Below are positions 16,871 to 24,503 of a DNA stretch of 64,000 bases, piece by piece. Position 1 is the first letter of the stretch; every line of letters begins with the position of its first letter. The notes under the pieces were generated by a model, which ran no database searches, had not been told where the DNA came from, and was given only the letters and a program-made list of their open reading frames with translations. The DNA is taken from positions 4,448,001 to 4,512,000 of the forward strand of contig OZ245742.1 of the NCBI GenBank assembly GCA_965227295.1. The letters run 5' to 3'. The translations under genes and the position numbers were made by a program. Source of the stretch: Leptonemataceae bacterium (GTDB taxonomy: Bacteria; Spirochaetota; Leptospiria; Leptospirales; Leptonemataceae).

Positions 16871-17737
16871 ATGAGTGAATCCGGCGCCACGGAAAACGAA
16901 GAAATGAACGATCCGAATCTGGAGCAGGTAGCACGCCTGTTCACGATTCCCATCGAGCCAGCAAAGGCCCTTGTAAAGCTTCTAATGGATACTTTCTTCC
17001 ATATAGAAGTAACGGGAGCAGAGCACATCCCCCTCGAAGGCGGCGGGATCATCATCAGCAATCATACCGACTACATCGATGTGCCGATTCAGGGCGTCCA
17101 CTGTCCGCGGAAGTGCATCTATCTGGGCAAGCAGGAGCTGTTCGAGCCGGACGCGGACATCAAGAACTTCCTGTTTCAGGACGGTTCGTTTCTGAATCTG
17201 CCGCTGTTCTTGCCGGGCAAGGTGGTCGTCGAACGCCTGCTCGAACTCTACGGCGCGCTGACCCGGGTCCAGTTAATGGAATGGGGCGGCCAGCCCATCA
17301 AGCGAGCCTTCCGGGGGGACGGGGCCCGGGACGCCGTACAGTACTACAAAGAGCTGGAAGATTATATGGTCGAGCTGTTGAAGCAGGGGAACTTCCTTTC
17401 GATCTACCCGGAAGGCACGCGGACCGAGACGGGCCTGGTCGGGCCGTTTAAGGCCCTGGCGGCGAAGCTCGCCATTCGCGCCGGTGTCCCCATCGTGCCG
17501 TCGGGCATTTCCGGTTCGTGGCGTTTCCTGAAACTCGACAGTGTCCTGTCCGGCCGCATCTTCAATACGCGCATCGTCTACAACATCGGGCAGCCCATTC
17601 TGCCGAAGGACTTTCCCGAGGGAGACCAAAAGAAGGCCGCCAAAGAACTCACGCAGATTCTCGAAAAACAGGTCTACGCCCTGATCTCGCATCCGGAACG
17701 TCGCGGCCATCCCCGCGGGCGGACGCGAGTCCTCTGA
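16871..17737 (+). CDS. plsC: lysophospholipid acyltransferase (PlsC family)
   Basis: SNHTDYID (HX4D) and IYPEGTR motifs. Confidence 0.88.
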   Translation: MSESGATENEEMNDPNLEQVARLFTIPIEPAKALVKLLMDTFFHIEVTGAEHIPLEGGGIIISNHTDYIDVPIQGVHCPRKCIYLGKQELFEPDADIKNFLFQDGSFLNLPLFLPGKVVVERLLELYGALTRVQLMEWGGQPIKRAFRGDGARDAVQYYKELEDYMVELLKQGNFLSIYPEGTRTETGLVGPFKALAAKLAIRAGVPIVPSGISGSWRFLKLDSVLSGRIFNTRIVYNIGQPILPKDFPEGDQKKAAKELTQILEKQVYALISHPERRGHPRGRTRVL

Positions 17738-17808
17738 GCCACGGCGGCCGCTTTTATTTTTGCTATCGTGGTGCAGAGTTTCTTCCCGTCAGGTGTCGAT
17801 ATTAAACC

Positions 17809-18090
17809 ATGCGCCGCGTCGTCTTGTTGATTCTGCTCCTCGCCTCCCTGGCATATGCCGGTACGTGCGCTTCAACGGAAACACCGCCCGAAGAAAAACC
17901 GGCGCCCGTCGCGGTAACGCCGGACTCGTGTCGGGCCAGCGGCGGCAAATGGCAAATGTTCAACAACGGCTGTCTGGATCACTGCGAGTACCGCCGCGGC
18001 GAAGTGACGATCTGCACCATGGAACGTAAGATGGGCTGCTACTGCCCGGGTTCGCGTTGCTGGAACGGCCGCGGCTGCGAAGACACCTGA
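17809..18090 (+). CDS. small exported cysteine-rich protein or lipoprotein
   Basis: Signal peptide ending YAGTC, Pro-rich linker, then 8 Cys in the last ~53 aa. Confidence 0.75.
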   Translation: MRRVVLLILLLASLAYAGTCASTETPPEEKPAPVAVTPDSCRASGGKWQMFNNGCLDHCEYRRGEVTICTMERKMGCYCPGSRCWNGRGCEDT

Positions 18091-18094
18091 ACGT

Positions 18095-20929
18095 TCAGAA
18101 CTTGTACGTCAACGTCGCCCAATACGTGGGCTCTTCCAATGCAGGAGTGCCGTCGGAGTTATCCTGCCCGCCCGCGTTGGAGTTCATGGGCCAGAGTTCT
18201 CCGGAATTGAGCAGGTTCTTTCCGGTGAGCGTCACTTCCAGAAACTCATCGAAGCTGTAGCCGATGCCGGCGTTCAGAACGTGTTGGCCTCGCACCTCGT
18301 TGCCGAACGGCGAGTACCACACACGGTAGTATAAATAATTCACCGAGACGTCGAGCTGCTCGACGGGGTGAAAGATTACGTTCAGTCGACTCACGTTCTC
18401 CGGATACGAGCGAACATGCAGGTCGCTGTCATCGGCCAGGTACATGCCGCCCTCGAATTCGTCGTAGAGCTCCCGGGAGGCGTCCAGGACGCGCACCAGG
18501 GCATGGGACAGGCTGCCGCTTAAGTATTTTCCACTGTAACTTAACGAAAACTCCGCGCCGCCGGTACGGATCTCCCCCGGTAGATTGCGAAAGAAGAAGT
18601 AGCCGTTCCAGTCGCCGGGTTCGTCGGAGCCGATGCGCGGCATGGTGAATTCGTCCGGCTCCGCGAAGATCACGCCGACGTCCACGATGTTGCGGACCAC
18701 GTTGTAGAAAGCGACGCCGTCCACGGACCACTCGCGATTGATGATGTAACCCGCCGCCAGCTCGTAGGTGTCGATGGTCTCCGGTTTGGCCTCCGGGATG
18801 TTCCGGTAAACGTCCGCATTGCCGAAACGATCCGTCCGCGGAATTTGTGCAAACAATACCTGATCGTAGTTCTCCGTACGCAGGAGGCCGTCCTTCTGAA
18901 AACCGCCGGCGAAGGCCACACCGGGCGCGCCGCGAAAGCCCTGTTGGTACGAGGCGCGCAACCGCAGCTCCGGCAGGGCCCGCGGATTGTACAGCGCGCC
19001 GAGACGCGGCGAAACGTTGTCGCCCCAGAACGAATGCCGGTCGAATCGAAAGGCGGCGAATAGATCCAGGCTCGTCGTCAGCGAATAAAAATCTTCGAGG
19101 AACACGCTGCCCACGGTGATGCTGTCCGAGAACACGTACCGATTCTCGGAATTCACGTCCGTGTCGAGCAGGGCGTCCGAACGATTGAGGATGAAGTTGT
19201 TTCCGTTGCGATCACTCTGCCCCACGTCGTACCGGCGAAACTCCGCGCCCAGGGCGAAGCGATTCTCGGCCGGAAGTTCCTGCACGTTCAGAACCAGCGC
19301 ACCGCCGTAGCGATTCTCCCGCGTACCGCCCAAAACCAGGCCGCTGTGCGAATGCAGGATCACATCGTCCTGGGCGTAATTCGAGGACAGGCCGAGGCTC
19401 AGGTTCTCGCCGAAGTCGTGGGTATACTTCGTGGCGCCGGAGCGGACCACGTTCTGCACTTCGTTGCGATCCCGGTAAAAATTGTAGAGGTCCCGCTGCT
19501 GGTCCGCGTAGAAGCCGGTGAACGAGAAGCCGCGATAATCAATGCGTCCGGTTCCGGTGACGTTGTCGGTTTTCTTGAGTCGGGCTCCGGAGGTGGCGAC
19601 GTTCTTCGTGTTCACGAGTACGTCTCCGCCCGGAACTTCCCACAGCGGCAACTGCGCATCACCGTAGGAATCACTGCGTTCCTCGGTCGTGTTTCGCCCG
19701 CGCCGTAAATCAAGGGAGCCCTCCGCGCCCTCGTAGTCCTTGTCCTTCGCCCAGCCGCGATCGTCCAGTTTCTGGCCGGCGTAATTCGTCGTACCGAGAT
19801 ACGCGTAGGCCCGCAGCTCGGGCACCAGTTCGCCCTCGCGCCCGCCCTGAAACGAAGCATGGGAATAGCCGTCTCCGCCGACGCCGCCGGTAAGCGCAGC
19901 ACCGGAAAGCGAAGAACCGTCCCGGGTGACGACGTTGATCACACCGAGCAGGGCTCCCTGTCCCAGCGTCACCGAGCCCGGCCCGCGTATGACTTCAATG
20001 CGTTCAATGAAATTCAGATCAATGCTCTGTAAGATCGAATCCGGCGGGCCCCAGAACCACTCGGTGTTCATGTTGAATCCGTTGAGCAGCATCAAGATCT
20101 TGCTGTTGCTGTCCGGCGCGAAGCCGCGCACCGCCGCGACGACGTCGTCCTGATCTTCCACCAGAAAGAAACCGGGTACAAAGATCATCAGAGCTTCATT
20201 TAGTGTACGGGCCCCGCTCAGTCGAATCTGCCGGCGACTGATGATCGAAACGGAGGCCGGCTGCTTCTCGGCCCGGCCTTCGACTTTCGAAGCGATCGTA
20301 AGATCTGCCGCGAGAACCTTAAAGACATCCTCGGACGCCTGGTCGGCGCTTTCGGCAGGGATCGGAAATTCCGTGCCACCGACCGGAGTGTTGAGCACGT
20401 GTTCATCGATGTTCGCCCGGCGGGGGCGACGTTCCGGGTTCGCGCGCAGAGCGAGCGCGATGCGCCGCACGAAACGATCGATGCGTTCCGGATCCGGCGT
20501 GCGCAACTCTTCCCGGTCCAGTTCAATGTCGCCGAGGCTCAGATCCTCATCGGTGATATGGTAGGCGTCGATGAGATGGCCGGTGTCCGGATCGTAGATC
20601 TGGGCGTACAGGCTGAGGTTTGCCCGCGCTGAAGAACGAGAATAAGAACCGCCAACGAGAAAACGTGCGCCCTTTGCGCGGGCCTGTGCCAGTGCTTCTT
20701 CACGATTCCTGACTTCCAGGCGCAGCACGCGAAAGCCGTCCTGTTCCAGGCGTTGCTGTAGATCATTCCGAATGATTGCTCCCAGGGACGGCGGAGCAAC
20801 GGAACCGCTCAGGCCCTCGAACTCCAGCACGGCCACCGACCCTGGAGTCGTTTGCGCCGTGACTTCCGTGACGGCCGCGCCGAATATAGACCACACGCTG
20901 ATCGTACACACCGCCGCCCATCTGCGCAT
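18095..20929 (-). CDS. TonB-dependent receptor with an extra N-terminal CsgG/TolB-N-like domain
   Basis: Plug motifs PASVSII, VRGF, IERIEVIRGPGS and GVINVVT; C-terminal LTYKF. Start re-picked at MRRWAA. Confidence 0.9.
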   Translation of the reverse strand: MRRWAAVCTISVWSIFGAAVTEVTAQTTPGSVAVLEFEGLSGSVAPPSLGAIIRNDLQQRLEQDGFRVLRLEVRNREEALAQARAKGARFLVGGSYSRSSARANLSLYAQIYDPDTGHLIDAYHITDEDLSLGDIELDREELRTPDPERIDRFVRRIALALRANPERRPRRANIDEHVLNTPVGGTEFPIPAESADQASEDVFKVLAADLTIASKVEGRAEKQPASVSIISRRQIRLSGARTLNEALMIFVPGFFLVEDQDDVVAAVRGFAPDSNSKILMLLNGFNMNTEWFWGPPDSILQSIDLNFIERIEVIRGPGSVTLGQGALLGVINVVTRDGSSLSGAALTGGVGGDGYSHASFQGGREGELVPELRAYAYLGTTNYAGQKLDDRGWAKDKDYEGAEGSLDLRRGRNTTEERSDSYGDAQLPLWEVPGGDVLVNTKNVATSGARLKKTDNVTGTGRIDYRGFSFTGFYADQQRDLYNFYRDRNEVQNVVRSGATKYTHDFGENLSLGLSSNYAQDDVILHSHSGLVLGGTRENRYGGALVLNVQELPAENRFALGAEFRRYDVGQSDRNGNNFILNRSDALLDTDVNSENRYVFSDSITVGSVFLEDFYSLTTSLDLFAAFRFDRHSFWGDNVSPRLGALYNPRALPELRLRASYQQGFRGAPGVAFAGGFQKDGLLRTENYDQVLFAQIPRTDRFGNADVYRNIPEAKPETIDTYELAAGYIINREWSVDGVAFYNVVRNIVDVGVIFAEPDEFTMPRIGSDEPGDWNGYFFFRNLPGEIRTGGAEFSLSYSGKYLSGSLSHALVRVLDASRELYDEFEGGMYLADDSDLHVRSYPENVSRLNVIFHPVEQLDVSVNYLYYRVWYSPFGNEVRGQHVLNAGIGYSFDEFLEVTLTGKNLLNSGELWPMNSNAGGQDNSDGTPALEEPTYWATLTYKF

Positions 20930-21009
20930 CGCGGAACTGTAAACGTTCGCAAAGATCCAGCAAGAAAAATATACTTTACGCAGGGTTTTACAGCGTCTCA
21001 ATACATGAC

Positions 21010-22584
21010 ATGCAGGTACAACGACGGATGCAGCTTGCCTTTGTAGTTCTTGCAGTATTGGCAGTGTCCGTACCTGCGAGGCCCGCCGATGAAAGCCGAA
21101 TTCCGATTCTCCTGTCCACGGATTCGGATATTTATCTCGAAGGGCTTGCCGGTATACGCCTGGCCCTGGACAACGCACGACTCGAAACCGTGGAAGAATC
21201 GTACCTGAATGTTTTGCAGGCAAACGGGACCGCGGCGTTGGAACAGTACTTTCGCGCGCGCGAGGATTCCAGGCTGATCATTGCCCTGGGGCCGGCGGCG
21301 GCCCGGGCGGCATATCGTTATGCCCGGCGACCCACAGTTGTTTTCAGCATGGTCACCAGCCCGCGCCTGTTGCGTAAGGTCGCCGGCAACCGCCCGCTCT
21401 GCGGGTTGTCCATGCACGTTCCGGTGGAAGAATACTTTCGTACTCTGCGCGAGCTACAGCCCGGTGCCCGGCGGGTGCTCGCTTTTCACTCCAGTCCCGA
21501 GGGCGAGTACCTGGCCGGTGAAGGCCGCTACTTCGATCAACAGCACGGACTCATTTACGAAAGCCGTCGCATCGATGACCCGGCGGACTTCGCCGAAGCC
21601 CTGGAAACAAGCGCCACCCCGGCCGGAATCGACGCGATCTACATGACCGCCGACCCGCTCTACAACCGCACTAACTTTCGCTTACTGCAAGCTTACGCGA
21701 AACGCGAGGGCGTTGTATTGATGACCGGCTTTCGCCGCCTCGTCGATCTGGGCGCGACCTTCGGCTACAGCCCGGACTACGCCCGCCTGGGCCTGCTCAC
21801 CGGCGATCTCGCCGGGCGCATCCTCTCCGGATCCGCCGATTGCGCGACCGAAGGCGTCATTTTTCCGGAACGTTCCGATTACTTCTTTTTTCTCAACGCC
21901 GACTTTTCCCGGGAGTCCGGCATCGAACCGCCGCCGGCGCTGGTTCAGCGCGATCGATTGACCGGTCTCAGCCGGACGGGCATTCGCCTCTTCCGGCACC
22001 AAAAGTACAACTCCGCCCGCCGGGTCTTCGAGGCCATCCTGGAACAGGACGAGGGCCATCGCACGGCAGCCTACTATCTCGAACAGACCCTGGCCCGGCA
22101 GAGCGGCGGTCAACTGGCCGAACTCATGGCCCGGGCGAAGGCCGCCGAACAGCGTGGCGACCCCGGACATGCCGTGACGATCTACCGCAACGTACTGGAA
22201 CTACATCCCGGTCACGACACGGCGCAACGCGGCCTCGTGCGTTCGCGCGCGGCCCACGCCGAACAGTTCCGCCGTCAGGCGCAGGCCCTGGCGAACCGCG
22301 CACCCTACGAGGCCCTGCGCCGACTGCAAACCGCGCTGCGCATCGACCCGAATGCCGCGCAAATCCACCGCGATCTTTCGCGCCTGCGCCGGAAACTGTC
22401 GGTGTCACTGCCGACTCTTATGCAACGCGGCATCTCCGATTACGAGGCCCGGCGCTACGAGGCGGCTATCACGAACTTTGAAAACGTGCTGCTGGTGGAA
22501 CCGAACCGGCGGGCCGCCGGGGAATATCTAAGATTGTCCCGCCGAAAGTTAGATGCCATTCGACGATTGCAGAGTCAAAAGTAA
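21010..22584 (+). CDS. ABC-type substrate-binding domain fused to TPR repeats
   Basis: Signal peptide; LIIALGPAAA, PTVVFSMV, GATFGYSPDY..LG; C-terminal TPR-like helical repeats. Start may be 21028. Confidence 0.8.
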   Translation: MQVQRRMQLAFVVLAVLAVSVPARPADESRIPILLSTDSDIYLEGLAGIRLALDNARLETVEESYLNVLQANGTAALEQYFRAREDSRLIIALGPAAARAAYRYARRPTVVFSMVTSPRLLRKVAGNRPLCGLSMHVPVEEYFRTLRELQPGARRVLAFHSSPEGEYLAGEGRYFDQQHGLIYESRRIDDPADFAEALETSATPAGIDAIYMTADPLYNRTNFRLLQAYAKREGVVLMTGFRRLVDLGATFGYSPDYARLGLLTGDLAGRILSGSADCATEGVIFPERSDYFFFLNADFSRESGIEPPPALVQRDRLTGLSRTGIRLFRHQKYNSARRVFEAILEQDEGHRTAAYYLEQTLARQSGGQLAELMARAKAAEQRGDPGHAVTIYRNVLELHPGHDTAQRGLVRSRAAHAEQFRRQAQALANRAPYEALRRLQTALRIDPNAAQIHRDLSRLRRKLSVSLPTLMQRGISDYEARRYEAAITNFENVLLVEPNRRAAGEYLRLSRRKLDAIRRLQSQK

Positions 22585-22614
22585 AATCGCCGTCGCCGCC
22601 GGGCCACGGCTACC

Positions 22615-24333
22615 TCAGAAACGCAATTGCAATCCCGCCTCGTAGAACTGTTCGTCGGTACGTGTGCCGTTACGTTTCGTATCCGGATTCCCGCTTTCGA
22701 TGATGACCGGTGAACCCGCGGCGTACATCACACTGCGACGATCTTCCCGGGGGGCGTCGCGAAAGAACCAGGAAATTTCGCCGACCTCTTTGCGTTCGTC
22801 GAGGACCAGGCCGCGAATGACGAAAAAGCTCGCGGCCAGCAAAGATGCAATGCCCAGGCCCGCGCTGATGTTGGCCTTACGGAACTCGGCGTTGGCTCTG
22901 GATTCGTTTTGTTCGATGACGCTCTGCTGGTAGAGCAACAGCGGGACGCCCTGCGCGCTGAAGAGATTCGTGATCGAGAAGATCGACAGAAACGGCAGTT
23001 CCGTACGAATGCGATCGCGGATGCGGTCCGCGCGAATTTGAAAGTGGATCCAGCCGCCGTAAAAAACCAGGGAACCGATGGCCGAATAAAAACCCAGGTC
23101 GTAATAGTTCCAGTCGAGGACGGCGTAGTTCGGATCTTTATAGAACGTTTCCGTATGGCCTTCCTGCATTTCCACGTCTACGTCCCGGGACTCGCCGTTC
23201 TTTAAGATGACGCCGACGAAACGATCCACGTAACCTTCTTTCACAATGCGCAACCGATGGACGCCGGGCGGAAGATCGTCACGTTGCAGCGGCGTCTCAC
23301 CGATCAGTTCATAATTCAGGAAAACGCTCGCGCCCTCGACATCGGTCGTGACGTTCAACGCGGCCCGGTGATCTTCTCGCGGCGCGCGCACCGTGAACAC
23401 ATTGCGTTCGCCGCTGCTGATCACCGCCGTTTCACGCACGGTCTGGTAGCCGTCCTGTTCGACGCGCAGTTCGTACTCCCCCGGCAGGGCCCGCGCATCC
23501 ACCGGCGTGCGACCGAGATAGAGATCGTCCAGGTAGACCATGGCGCCGGGTTCCGGCGTGCTCACCTGCACGGGGGCCGTTTCGCCGCCGCTCACGAAGT
23601 TCCGAATGCGATTCGACGGATCATCCAGATTGCGATACGCGAACTGAATGTCGGTTTGAAACTCGAAGTTCGCGCTCTTGCCGGTGACGGCGTTGTACAT
23701 CTCAATGCGGACGATGATGGGGCCGCGCCGGGTAATGCCGCCGTCGCGGCTGACTCCGCCGCCCGCTGCATAACGATACGATCCGCTCACCAGGTAGTCG
23801 GCCTTCAGGTCCGCGGCACGTTGGTCCGGGCGGGAGCGCAGGGAGGCGGCATTGGTTTCGTCGTCCAGTTGCCGGACTTCGACATCCAGCAAAACACGTT
23901 GCCATTCGCCGGGCGGCAGGGCGCTGTTGTTTTCCCGCGTGAAACGCAGGTTCTCCCGCGGTCGCTCCGCCTCGCCGCCCTTGAGCGGCGTCACCACAAA
24001 GAGCCGGCCGGGATCTTCCGGGCGCACGTAACCGACTCCCTCGACCTTGCCGCCCAGAATCTTGATGATGCCTTCCGAAAGATAGTCGATGGTCTCGTCG
24101 CGGGTGTCATTGAGCAGCGGCAGGAAGATGAGCCGCCGCTCCTGCTCGTAGAGGGTGAAGGCCGGATCCGCCGGGTCTTCGATGGTGCGGCCGGAACCGG
24201 GGCGCGGAATATCCTGAAAGACGTTCGTGGCGCCGGAGTCGTCGGGCACATTCTGGGCCGCCGGCATCCCGGGCAACGTGACGAACATCGCGATCGTCAG
24301 AAGCAGCGCCGTAAACCGGCGAATCCTCCGCAT
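22615..24333 (-). CDS. PEGA-domain exported protein
   Basis: Two PEGA repeats (PGAMVYLDDLYLGRTP; EGASVFLNYELIGETP...PGVHRLRIVKEGY); signal peptide; ends QLRF. Start re-picked at MRRIRR. Confidence 0.88.
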   Translation of the reverse strand: MRRIRRFTALLLTIAMFVTLPGMPAAQNVPDDSGATNVFQDIPRPGSGRTIEDPADPAFTLYEQERRLIFLPLLNDTRDETIDYLSEGIIKILGGKVEGVGYVRPEDPGRLFVVTPLKGGEAERPRENLRFTRENNSALPPGEWQRVLLDVEVRQLDDETNAASLRSRPDQRAADLKADYLVSGSYRYAAGGGVSRDGGITRRGPIIVRIEMYNAVTGKSANFEFQTDIQFAYRNLDDPSNRIRNFVSGGETAPVQVSTPEPGAMVYLDDLYLGRTPVDARALPGEYELRVEQDGYQTVRETAVISSGERNVFTVRAPREDHRAALNVTTDVEGASVFLNYELIGETPLQRDDLPPGVHRLRIVKEGYVDRFVGVILKNGESRDVDVEMQEGHTETFYKDPNYAVLDWNYYDLGFYSAIGSLVFYGGWIHFQIRADRIRDRIRTELPFLSIFSITNLFSAQGVPLLLYQQSVIEQNESRANAEFRKANISAGLGIASLLAASFFVIRGLVLDERKEVGEISWFFRDAPREDRRSVMYAAGSPVIIESGNPDTKRNGTRTDEQFYEAGLQLRF

Positions 24334-24386
24334 GGCGTGCAGTTTTTTCGGCGCGTGTCCGTGAGAAACCAAAAAACCGGGATAAA

Positions 24387-24496
24387 ACTCCGAGGACCGA
24401 GGTACCGAGGGTAGAAATCGGAGAGCTCTCATAGCCAGAACGCGTTCCGGCAAAGACAACTCTCCCAAAATTTCTCGGTACCTCGGTCCTCGGAGT
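24387..24496. repeat. 110-bp MITE/REPIN-like element, family A copy 2
   Basis: Perfect 23-bp terminal inverted repeats ACTCCGAGGACCGAGGTACCGAG and CTCGGTACCTCGGTCCTCGGAGT. Confidence 0.88.
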
Positions 24497-24503
24497 CTAT
24501 CTT

